A stretch of 64,000 bases of DNA from Priapulus caudatus (lineage: Eukaryota), in the NCBI RefSeq assembly GCF_000485595.1, contig NW_014577081.1:701671-765670 (forward strand). Reading direction: 5' to 3'. The position numbers were made by a program, and so were the translations under genes. Positions within the stretch are counted from its first letter, which is position 1, and each line of letters begins with the position of its first letter. Below, in pieces: positions 39,367 through 52,000 of the stretch. The notes under the pieces were generated by a model. That model did no database searches and had not been told where the DNA came from. It saw only the letters and a program-made list of their open reading frames with translations.

Positions 39367-42300
39367 TCTCCCCCCGCCCACATGCCTGCCCCACCGCCAC
39401 ATCCTCCCACCACCACATCCTCCCCACCCGAATCCTCCCCCACCCCCACATCCTCCCCACCCCACATCCTCCCCAACTCATACCTCCCCGTCGGAATGGC
39501 GCCGTATCGTGGGAATAAACGGGCTGCCACCATCATGACCGTCATCGCTCCGCGCTGATCGCCAAGGCCTTAAACGAAATTATTTCTTGCGCAGAGCTCA
39601 AGTGCAGCGACCGGCGCACGTGTCTCGGCCAAATAGCAGCGCCGAGAAGGGCCTGTGAGGAGGCAGGCCAACCTCTGACATTTTCAGCGAGATCGAGCTA
39701 GCCAGCGCTCTATGTAATATAACAGCGACCGGAGCAGTTGTTAGAGTCCGGCCTGCACGCTGAATGTCCCATACTCCTACTAGATTGCTCGCTGGCGTCG
39801 CCTGTAGATTGATGAGAGCACGCCGCGTATGTGGGTTGAGCAACGCGCGCGCACGCGTATACCGCGCGCGTATTGCTTCACGCTCTTTCTTCCCCAGAAG
39901 AATCAGAATTCTTCTGGCTATTTTCATGGTCAGTTAAATCGGCTCGTCAGAGTATTCTTTTCACTTTAGTTGGCGATGAAGTTACGGGTTAAGCCACGCC
40001 CGCACACAGACGATTTTTAAAACAAAACGGATGAAACGATGAAACGAAATGAAACGATGAAACGACTGTAGGTGTGCGGGTTCATTTTCGCTAGACGTGA
40101 TTTTATTTTGTATCGGAACGTAATTCCAAAATCAACATGTTTGATTTTGAAACCGATTATTTTGGACGCCGATTTTTGGTCGTGCGCGTGACCTTGGAAG
40201 ATTGAACACAGCGTGTGCGAGTGGCTGTGTAAATTTCCACAGCATCAATTCGCATTGTTCGCTTGATTGTTCGCTTGGAGCATTGTATTGTTTTTCTCAG
40301 CGTCGCATATTCAGCGCCCGCACACCATCGTTTTCAATCGTTTTCATCGTTGTCATCGCTTTCATCGTTTGTAAAAATCGTCTGGATGTGCGGATGGCCT
40401 TTAGAGTTAGAGTTAAGGTTATAAAGAAGGGGCATGCTTGAGGTAGGCGGTCTGAGATATAGGGTGATAGGTGGGTTAGATTGACCTCTCTATGTACACA
40501 GGCGAATTTTTAGATTCATTGCGTGATTTACAAACTCGTGGGCTAGCGAACTATAACTATATTTCGTGGCGCTCTGAATAAAGCTCGCAATCAGGTCTGC
40601 AGGCTGGCAAGACGGTAAACGTTCGGCAATTCTTAATTTGTCCCAGAACATCGCATTGCTTATAACGCAGCGGGCGCACGCGCGTGCGACTGCAGGGCGA
40701 CAGCTTATAATCGCGTTCATCTAACCAAAAAATCCCATTACAAGATTTTGTGACTGTACGCAATTCGTCTAATGACAACGCAAAGCTTCGCTTTTGTATA
40801 AGTGCATCATCAATCCCCTAGGAACAGCCGGGCGCCACAGGAACCTGACGATGGAACGGTAGTTACACGAGCAAGAGTGTGCAGTGACAAGCATCATATA
40901 GCAGAGTGTGGTATATTGATCTCTCCGGCTCATGAAACCGGACTTCAAGTTGACAGCTGCATTCAGCAAGGTCGCCAGTATTAGATGCTAGCTCACCGTG
41001 CTGCAAACAAGGAGGTAGCCCCGCAGTACCGGTTCATCCGTCGATCTTATTTACTACAGACGCGCATTGCGCTAAGGCATACGACTGAAATCGCATCGCT
41101 GGAGCGCTTACCAGCAGAGATGGTCAGATACCGCGTACGGAGAGAAACGTGCAAAACATTGCGCCGTATAGACCATTAATCAAATCTACTAGATTCATCC
41201 TCGTCGTCATTGTTGCAACGTCAACCGCGCGGCCATCAACCGCTCCACGCTCTGCGCCTCATGTAGCGATCTAATGGTCTCTGACTACTACGTTCCATGC
41301 CCAAGACAGTCTCTAGCTAAATCCAACTAACGCACCCACGTTTTCGCACGGACTTCGTCTGGCGATTGCCACTGGTTGGATCTGTCCGCCAACGGAATGT
41401 TCGGCAATCAAGTAACACGATTGCCAGCCCAGAGTTGCTCTAAATTTCCTACACTCGTACGGCCAGACAATATAGGCCCGAAAGTAGTATAGTCGAGTGG
41501 ATTAACCACGAACGCAGTATCGAAGCATCCCGCCGCTTCCCCGAATCCAAGCGAATTCTAGAAACCGCTTTTGTACGACCATGAATTGTGCGAATAGGAA
41601 TATTCTACATGCCGCGCTGGACTCCCTGCACATGGCGTCCAATTTCGGCAACGGCCGGACGGTGGGTCGTCTGCGCTGGTTTTCAAGGCCCCCGCGATCC
41701 ATCATGTGCGCTACGATGTCGCTTCGTGCAAAAAATTGCAAGTGCAGCGGATTCTGTAAAATGCCGCGTAATATTTGATGTGCGATCTATATAGGTTGCA
41801 GATATTCAGGAGCTCTTCAGATTCCAGTTATATGTGTACAGAGGAGTATAGACCTTGGTAATTAGATACATAATGTAACCCAAACACAGGATAGGGTATT
41901 GGTGGGTATTAGATACAACAGCAGTATAGGGTATTTAGATATCACATAATGTAACCAAACACACCCTATCCTGTGTTTGCGGTTACATTTATTGTATCTA
42001 ACCTGAGTTATGTGCTTATCGATCGAATTGGGCCCGCTGGCAAAAGTCACGTTGGAAGCTACGCTCGGGAAAATTTCATGCGCGGTAGTCGCTTATTTGT
42101 TGCCACGAACACGTGATTATCACGGGCGAATTCGATTACTTGGTCGGCGTAGAGACACACGGAAGCCTCGCTCTGTTGTATTAGGTGCATGCCAGCGTGT
42201 TATCACCTATATGTCGCTCTATGTGGTAAACGCTTGTTTTGACAATAACGAATATGAAGGGGCGAAAATGAACGTGCAGTGTTCCAATACGAGCGCATAT

Positions 42301-45300
42301 ATCGCGGGGAAACTTTGGATAGCGTGATGCAGACGAGCGTGTTCTGTAGTGTGATGGACAAGCAAGCAGGTTTTCGTGTAGTGTGATGGCAGCACAGCTC
42401 TCGCGGCTGTCGCGGAGGACGGACTTATCTGAAGCGCGCGCAAACGCCTATCGTAATCGGGACTGAGAATGAAATTCAATCATCGATCACGCGGACATAA
42501 TTTTCAACTATTAGGTCGTGGAATTGCCTCCGCCCACGCCACATTTACGTCGCAAGGCTGCTCGGTTAGCACGGACGAGGCTTCAACTAGGCCCACACAC
42601 CTCGTCCAAATGCTAATATACAATGACCATGTCTTACGAACGATCCTTGCCGCCGCATTCGTGCGCCGCCTATGTTAATAAACTCATCGCCAGATCTAAT
42701 TTATGCACGCGTCTCGGGGTTCGGTGCGGTCGTTAGCGAGTTGAAATGCACGACATATGGCTCACCCGTGCTAATCTGTCCACATCAGGCCGTCAGGCAT
42801 GCGTGTATGTTCAGTGTGACTAACGCCTGTGCGAGAGAGTGTGTGTGGGTATAGAGTTTGTGTCACCGAGATTCGCATAGCCTCTTTGCTGGGTATACAT
42901 CGTTATGCTTCTGCGTCTCTTTTTTGCGAAGTTTTCTTCGGGTAATCAAGAGGATGCTATTTCGCGTTCTTTTTGATACTCTTCCGCTCTACTGTTCTCT
43001 GCTGCCTCTTTTACTTTTCCATTTATCTCTTTTCTCCTTCTAATTTTCTTTTCTCAATTTTTGCCCTTCTCTCTCATCTCTTTTCTTCTTTTTCCAACCC
43101 ACGTTGAACCCTGAATCGATTGACCTATTTTTGCTATATGGTTAGGGGGTATCTCAGCATAGATTTCCCTAATACACCTTATCAGTAGACTAGACATGGC
43201 TTTATAATTAAGGAGACGCCTAGCATGTGCGCGTACAAACACACTACTTATGCCTTCGAGTCGCTCCTCTTGCATTCCTGTCCCTCGCTCAGGCTTCTTC
43301 TTTTCTAAACCGCCCCAGCTATCTTCTCGGCGCGCATGTCTCAGTAACTTTCATCCCTTTCCCCCTAGCAAGAGCTATATTATGAAGTTTGTGCCTCAGA
43401 CGGCACTGCACGGCCTATCACGGTGCGCTGCGCATAGCGCAATATCTCCGAGAGAAATCGTATTTGCAAGATTACGCATTTTAAAATGAAGAGAAGTTAT
43501 CCTAGAATAGATTTCTACGAATAACATTCTATCTGGTTAGACGATGGCATTAAGAAATAGAGGAAGACTTATTGCATCTAAGGTTCCGCGCTGGGTATTA
43601 CCAGCGCAGTACGCATCAATCTGGCTACGTTAGTGTGTTAGGTGCATGTGCGAATATCTCACCAGGCAGGAGTTATTATTTGTGTGATGAATATGCATTT
43701 TAAATGCGTTGTAGGCGGTATCTCGCCATAGATTTCCTTAAAACTTTTATCAGTTGACATGTGTTTATAATTAGGAGAGCGGCCCTAGCATGTAGCGGTA
43801 CAAAACACTTACTTCGCCTCGCGTTTTTTCCCTTGCTCCCCTGTTCGCCTCGCCTCAGCCTCCTTCTTTTCTATCGCCCACAGCCTATCTTCCCTGCAGC
43901 CTTTCCTGTAGTTGCTCCTATCCCCTCTCTCTCTCCCTTAGCAAGGCTATATTATAAAGTTTGGCCTCAGACGCATGTACGCCTAACACGGTGCGCGCGG
44001 CATGCGCATATCTCTCGAATAGAGAATGTATTTTTGCAAAGATTATTGCATTTAAAGATGAAGAGGATGTTTCTAGCATAGTTGTTCTAGATGACTTCCA
44101 TCAGTAGATCATATTAAGAAATAAGGCGGAGCTTGTATGTAAGTCCCCTCGCTGTTACAACCAGTACACAATCTGTCTACGTTAGTGTGTTAGCGCATAA
44201 GCGATATTCCACCAGATGGAGTTTATATTTTGCGCATGAATATGCATTAAAATGGTTGGGGGCTCAATCTTACAGGCATAGATTTCCATAAAACCTTTAT
44301 CAGTTAGACCTGTGTTTATAATTAGGCATAGCGGCGCTAAGCATGTAGGTACAAACACGCTGGCTTTATGCCCTCGAGTCCTTCCCCTTGCCTCCCCTGT
44401 CCCTCGCTCAGATCCTCCTTCTCTCTACGCCCCAAGTTTCTCTCCCTGCAGCCTTTCTTCCGCTCAAGCACATCCCCTCTCCCTCAGCGAAGCTATACAT
44501 TAGAAGTTTGCTACAGACGGCACTGCACGGCCTAACACGGAGCGGCGCATGCGCAATATTTTCGAGAGAAATCGTATTTTGGCAAAGATTAATGCATTTA
44601 AAAAGAAGAGGAGTTATCGCTAGCAAGATTTTATACAATAAAATTTTATTCAGTAGACCATCATTTTAAGAATAGGAGGAGACCTTGCAATGTAAAGGTC
44701 GCCGCTGCGTATACGCAGCCATGACACAATCTAGCTAGCGTTAGTGTTAGCGCGAATGCGGCAATATCTTCACTAGAGGAGTTATATTTTGTGATGATAT
44801 GCATTTAAAATGGTTAGGTGGCATATCAGCATACATTTTCGCCTAATAAACGCTTTATCAGAGACCTGTGTTTTATAATTAGGGAGAGCGCCCTAGCATG
44901 TAGGGTACAAAACACATACTTTATGGCCCTGAGTCCTTCCTCGTTGGAATCCCGGCCTGTCCGCCTCGCTCAGCCTCCTTCTTCTTCTACGCCCCAGCTA
45001 TCTTCTCTGCCTCGCATTACCTTAGTCTTCAATCCCCTTTCCCCGCCTAGCAAGCTATATTATGAATGTTTGCCTCAGACGGCACTGCACGCCTAACACA
45101 TGGTGCGCGCGGCTTAAAGCGCAATATCTCCCGAGAGAAATAGTATTTTGCGAGATTACGCATTTAAAATGAAGAGAAGTTATCCTAAGAAATAGATTTC
45201 TACGATAACATTCCATGCTCGTAGACATCATTTTAAGGAAAAATAAGAGGAGGAGACCTGGGTGCATCTAAGGTTGCCGCGCTGCGTATACGAGCCAGTA

Positions 45301-45312
45301 CACAATCTGGCT
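39367..45312 (-). repeat. Noisy inverted copy of the satellite-to-36170 segment (second haplotype or long-read fill)
   Basis: Collinear reverse complement, e.g. 39480-39550 vs 36050-36120 and 43085-43145 vs 32868-32925, with dense 1-nt indels. Confidence 0.93.
39992..40400. mobile_element. ~409-bp non-autonomous DNA transposon (MITE), PIF/Harbinger (Tourist)-like
   Basis: ~90-bp imperfect TIRs (A[G]GCCA..CGCACA..CAGACGATTTTT / AAAAATCGTCTG..TGTGCGGATGGCCT) and TTA on both sides (39989-39991, 40401-40403). It is absent from the other copy near 35512. Confidence 0.85.
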
Positions 45313-46049
45313 NNNNNNNNNNNNNNNNNNNNNNNNNNNNNNNNNNNNNNNNNNNNNNNNNNNNNNNNNNNNNNNNNNNNNNNNNNNNNNNNNNNNNNNN
45401 NNNNNNNNNNNNNNNNNNNNNNNNNNNNNNNNNNNNNNNNNNNNNNNNNNNNNNNNNNNNNNNNNNNNNNNNNNNNNNNNNNNNNNNNNNNNNNNNNNNN
45501 NNNNNNNNNNNNNNNNNNNNNNNNNNNNNNNNNNNNNNNNNNNNNNNNNNNNNNNNNNNNNNNNNNNNNNNNNNNNNNNNNNNNNNNNNNNNNNNNNNNN
45601 NNNNNNNNNNNNNNNNNNNNNNNNNNNNNNNNNNNNNNNNNNNNNNNNNNNNNNNNNNNNNNNNNNNNNNNNNNNNNNNNNNNNNNNNNNNNNNNNNNNN
45701 NNNNNNNNNNNNNNNNNNNNNNNNNNNNNNNNNNNNNNNNNNNNNNNNNNNNNNNNNNNNNNNNNNNNNNNNNNNNNNNNNNNNNNNNNNNNNNNNNNNN
45801 NNNNNNNNNNNNNNNNNNNNNNNNNNNNNNNNNNNNNNNNNNNNNNNNNNNNNNNNNNNNNNNNNNNNNNNNNNNNNNNNNNNNNNNNNNNNNNNNNNNN
45901 NNNNNNNNNNNNNNNNNNNNNNNNNNNNNNNNNNNNNNNNNNNNNNNNNNNNNNNNNNNNNNNNNNNNNNNNNNNNNNNNNNNNNNNNNNNNNNNNNNNN
46001 NNNNNNNNNNNNNNNNNNNNNNNNNNNNNNNNNNNNNNNNNNNNNNNNA

Positions 46050-49000
46050 TTAGCCATTTACTTCTAGCAGTGTCAGTAGCATACTTTCTAGCTATTGTCG
46101 CGCGTAACACGAACAATCAAACATAAAGGTCAACAGATTTATTATTACTTTCATACTTGAATACTCTATACGTGGAGAGCAATCGCAATTCTGAATCGAA
46201 ATTAGTGGCAATAACTACTTTAGCATTTAGATCGCTTGATGAAATTAACTTCCTAGAAAATTTAGGGTAGTCAGTTGGGCAAATCGAGTATCTACAGAGC
46301 GGCTTATTATATCTATTTAATGCGTGTTAGGTTAGTGAAGGCGGACAAAGCTCATATTTGATCCGTTTAAGATGAAATCTATATTTGAATCGTGTGAAAG
46401 TTGGTGTGAGTCCGTCAAAGGCAATATTTAGTCCGTTTAGCAATGAAATGGGCGGTGACAATCGGTGCGCTCTGTAGATAACCGTTTCATTAAACTGTGA
46501 TTTGCCCTTAAATGCCGCTGCGACGCGTTTTTCCCGCGACTATCAGCGGTATTTATTACCGGCCGTGTTCACCCTAGGCATATTCACAATCACGCTTCGC
46601 ACTCGGCTGGACAACCAAAATGGCGGACGTGTTATAAATTCGAACAGCAAAATGCGCGCGAGTAACGTCTTTCTCTTGTGGGCGCCGCGCGCCGGGATGC
46701 TGTGTTTTTTTTCTCTGAATTTCCCTCTTCAGAGATTTTGTAGAAGCGCAGCCAGACCGCGGCATCGGCCTTCTGTAATTAATAGATTGCGCTCATCCCA
46801 ATCTTATCTGGGGGATAAAAGAACTGTTCTTGAGGCGCGGCGCGCGTGTCTCTCTGCTTCGCGTCGCTGCCTTGCCACTATATCATTATTTATCGCGCCC
46901 GCCTCCCACAGCGATTATGACAGTTAATTGCTTTCAGCTGTGAAGCTTTATAGACGAATTACTTTGTCTCCATTCTCGGCATCGCAAACGCTGTGTGCCG
47001 GCGTCAAAGCGATTGCGTACGGCAAACTGTAGAGCCAGAGCATAATAGTCAGGCTGAAACTTCCCAGTGGAACTCATACATCCTCATCCTCCGGATGTAA
47101 ATCACGCTAGCATCCGTTCCCGCTCCACGTCATATTCGGCTTCGGCTCAGCTTCGCTGACGGTAGGGAGAGCCGTTGTAGTGGGTCGTTGTGAGAAGAAC
47201 CTTCCTGTTGTGTCGTTTTCTTTCATTTAAAAGCTTTACCCGTGCATTCGATAACTCGTTGCGTTATATCGCATTACTTAGCAAAGATGTTAGAAGAGCA
47301 AGTCACGCGCACGTATCACACACACACACACACGCACGCGCACGCACGCACCGCACCGCTGCACGCACGCACGCACAGCACGCACGCACGCCACGCACGC
47401 ACACGCCACGCCACACGGCACGCCCACGCACGCACAGCACCCACACACACACACACACACACATCACGCACGCACACACACACCACACACACAACACACA
47501 CACACACACACACACACACCACACACACACACCACACGCACACGCCCACACGCACACACATATCTTATATATATATTGCGGCCTCCATCGATCTTTATCC
47601 CTCCTTGCATCATTAGTCCGCCTAACGAGTCGACACTTCGTTTCCAAACATCAAAACTAAGCCAACAACACGGCCGGCGTTGGGCCTTCACTGTGGGACC
47701 ATCGCATTGATGAAGCTCGCAGCTTGTTGTGTCGTATTCGCACACGGACTGCTCTGTCGGATTGCCTTTACTGCTAGGCCAGACGAATAAACGCAGTGCG
47801 TATCTTTACGGTTGACTACGAGCCACTAATACTCTTCTAGCGTGACGGGGTCGCTATCCGTAAAGATTCGTGGTGCTTAATCGCCTGGGTAAGAATGGTC
47901 AATGGATCGAGACAACGGCTTCGTGTGTGGAGACAATGTCACGGCGCGACCAGTTTAGGAGTGATTCCCGAGTGCGTAGATACATACGAATGCCAATAAT
48001 TTGTTACTTGTGATATTCATATGCCATATCTGGAGAAGAGAATGGCTAGTCTACATCAATGGTATTTACAAAAGTCGAGTCAACTGCCCTAAAATCTCGA
48101 TGGCGGTCGGATTCGGTCGCTTCTGGACCTAAGTCACCTATTCCTACTGGCCATGCGAAAGGCGCGGAAGGTAACCCCCGACGAAGCTAAACGCGTAAAG
48201 TGTATGCGACGGAACAGAATGTTAGTGGGAACAAGCAGCGAGGTTCTCTATGCAAACTACCAAAGGGAGTGTTGTCGGGGCGATTAAAGGATGACCGTTT
48301 CACGGCCGTAACGGTCAGCGATCGCGCGCACGCGGATCCAGCGATCCCGGCTTCACGCGGACTTCCAGCGATCCGCTCACGCGGATCCAGTGATTCGCTC
48401 ACGGCGGATCCGAGTGGTCTGGTTCGCGAGAATCTAGTGATCCCGCTCACGCGGATTCCAGTGCCATTCCGCTGCCACGCGGATTCCAGTGGTCTTGTTC
48501 GCGAGAATTAGTGATCCGCTCACAGCGGATCCAGTTGATCCCGCTCACGCGGATGCCAGTGATCCACGCTCACGCGGATTCCAGTGATTTTGTTCCGGGG
48601 ATCAGTTGAATGATTTCCGCTCCACGCGGATCCAGTGGTCCGCTCCACGCACACAATAAATGACAGAAAACTAGAACCCCAGCTTAATTATTAGAAACCC
48701 AATAAAACATTGGCGGGCCGGCGCCGCGTTAATACATATTACGTTTCGATATAAGCCCACCGCAGTGCACACATTATATATATATATATATTTATACATA
48801 CTATAAATAAATATTATATAATTGGGGTGGGGAGGAATGGTCAGGAGGTAGGACGTAATATAGGTTTCTTCGTCGGAGCGAAAAGTTTTAGTTTTGGTAC
48901 CTGGTGCGGAACGCCTGTGAATTCGAGATCTAGTGGGAGAGGGCTGCAGTATTAAAACATAAACAAAGAGAGAAGTCTGCATTGAGACATACGGGAATCC

Positions 49001-52000
49001 TAAGCTTTGAGACATATGAGGAGAGCGCTCTGCTACTGAAACATGACAGGAAGCGGTATCTACCGTAGAGAGCAAAGACTGCTATTAGTGTTTAGTGGGA
49101 CAGTGTTCTGTAATTAAATCCCACTGATCAGAGTACAGATTGCATGCTATAGTAACGACGCAAACCGGCCGGCGGAGACAATGACTTGGTTTCAAGTAAT
49201 TACAGTTAATTAAGAATAAAGCCACTCAACAGTGGCGCCTTTTATGCAGCCATAAGCCATCGTGACTTTATCACTGAGTTTTAAAATGGTTTCTCGGCCG
49301 CACGAAACGCGTTAACGAACTGTTTACGTTTGAGTGGCAGCAAATTGCTGCCACAATGGTGACTGATTGGTCGAGTGCGCGGACATCTTTAGCTGTGATA
49401 GCGCAAACTCGCATTTCATGCATCGGGAAGTTTACCCAACTAGCTGTCTCCCGTTCACTCTTTCTGTCCTCTCTCTCTCTCTCTCCCTCTCTCTGTCTAT
49501 CTTTCTTTCTCTGCCTGCCTGTCTCGTTTGCTCTCTCTGCGTCCCTCCCTCTTGCACTCGCTCCTTCATCTTTTCCTTTATCTTTCTTTCTCTTTCTCCC
49601 CCTCTCTCTCTATGTCTCTATATCTGTCGCTACCATATCCACCTATATATATAGCTAGATACATAGATTAATAAAGATCAATCAGTGCCATACAGACGTT
49701 TTCTCTCATTTATTCCTCTCCCTCACGGCTTTGCAATTTCCATCGCCCTTTAAGACATTCGCCTGCAAGGTTGCCGTGGAAACCAGCACACATTCACTGG
49801 CCTAGACGAGGCGGCTTAGAATAGTCACCCACTCCGAATAAGACAGCTTCGATATAGATCACTTACTGGTCTGCTTTTTAAAGCACGGCGCTGTCGCGTG
49901 GATTTGTATCCGCGGGCGGAGAAATCTGCATAACTACATAATGCGACATCGACGATAACTGACGAATAACGACGAATGTGTGCGCGATATACATAATTCC
50001 GCGCCCACGTCTCTCTCGCTCTCTCAGACTGTCTTTCTTTCTCTCACTCTCTTTCTCTCACTCTCTTTCTCTCTCTCTCTCTCACTCTCTTTCTCTCGCG
50101 CGCTCTCTCTCCTTCTCTCCTTCTCTTTCTCTGTCTCTCCTCTGTTCTCTTTCGCACACAAAGAAATGATTCACCCGGGCAGCGGCGTGACGTCACCGCG
50201 CGCGCGTGTTTGTTGAAATGCCAGACGATATGTGGCGGCCAGGAAGAAGCCATTATGCGCGCCACCTAACGGCTAGCCTCGCTCAATGCTAGGTTCGCTA
50301 AAGACTGCCGTCGCTGCGGAGCTAGCAGCAAGCACGAGCGATGGAATTTACGCGATTAACCCGCAGCTGGCGTTAGAAGCCGTGAGTACGTGTGAGAGCG
50401 CGCCCGAAGCAGGCTTCTCTCGTCGTCTCTCGCTCTATACTGCCACTGTTCTTTTCGTTTGGCGCTTTGCCGCGACAAACGAATAAAGATCTCCAACGGG
50501 TTGAACACGACCGGAGGATACATCGTGCGCGCGCGGAGAGCTGTGGGAGGACGCGCAGGAGTGATAGCATCTGCTGCTGCGCCGTCAATGGTTCACTTGA
50601 TGGCACCGCTATGGCTAACCGTCGCCGTGTTGCATGTAATCGACGCGCGCTCGCCATGAGTGCGATCACCGGGAACGGCATGCTGTTAGCGGTCGCCCCC
50701 GAGCCTGTTAGCCACATACGGCGGCAGCTGCGGCGGAGCGCGTACGCAGTAAAATGTCTAGAAAGCGTAAATAAATTATGAGCATCGATTTTCGTCCGTC
50801 ATTTGAGCGCCGCGTGGCTTCCGTTTTGCTTGCGAATAAACAACGCTCGTGCACGCACACACACGCCGGCACGCGCACACAAGCTGATGCACACATACCC
50901 GTGCACGCACACGTACACGCGTAGGCAGGCACGCACGCACACACGCACACATACGCACGCACGAACACGCGCACGCATACACGCGCCCGCCCACGCACGC
51001 CATCAACGCGCACGTACAGACGCACACAGCGAACACGCGCACGCATCACTCGCCCGCACGCACACGACGTACGCGCGACGCACGCGCGGGACGCACTTGC
51101 AGCAACGTGCTTCCCGCTGGCCGAATTGATTTCGCGTCACAGGGTCGCTGCCTTTTCGGCTACAAATACCGTACAAATGTTGTATGCGGTAGTTCAACAT
51201 ACACTACTATAGTTGCACGCGCAGTCAATTCTGCCGAAACTTTACTGAAAACAAACCGGTACCCTGGACGAAATCGCTACATGCCGACGACGGCGCACCT
51301 CCGCGACAAGGTTCGTCGAACTACGCCTGGTATCCTTCGTTGACTGCGACGCTTTAAATTATACCTTTACAGATAAAAATAAAAAAAAACATGTATCAAA
51401 TTAGGCCTCAGTATTAGTAAAAATATTTCTGAATACCTGCAATAATAAAACCACGCAGTTTGATGCCTGTTATAGCATACAGAAATGCGCAATTAACGCA
51501 ACGTATTCTTCAATGTCGCGACGCTTGCCTTATAATGAGTGCACTGGATCAAAAGGGCGCATCCATTGAGTGGACGTAAGTGCATTGTATACAGCGTCTC
51601 TATGCCTTCTATGCACAGTGGCCATTAACAAAGTGTAGGAATATGGTCTCGCGAGAAAAACAAGTGCGCCAAATATAACGTAACCGCCTTAACAAGAAAG
51701 TAAGCATCAATAAATAAAATCTTAATCGCTGTACATTTATATTAGGCCACCGACAAAGTAACGATGTACGAGTCTTGTAAGACATGTTAGTCTTACTGTA
51801 TAACACTTGCCTGTTGTAAAAGCAGCACCGAAGTATTGAAATGGCGCGAAGAACTACGAGAACAGTCGCGGATAAATTGTTCGTAATCCTTACTCTAAGT
51901 GACGACAAAATGTGAGAGAATTTAAAGGGCGAGCGCAGAGGCCGCTCTATAGGCAATCTGCTGCGAGGCGATTCTTATTTCTGCGTGTAAGCACTCATGA

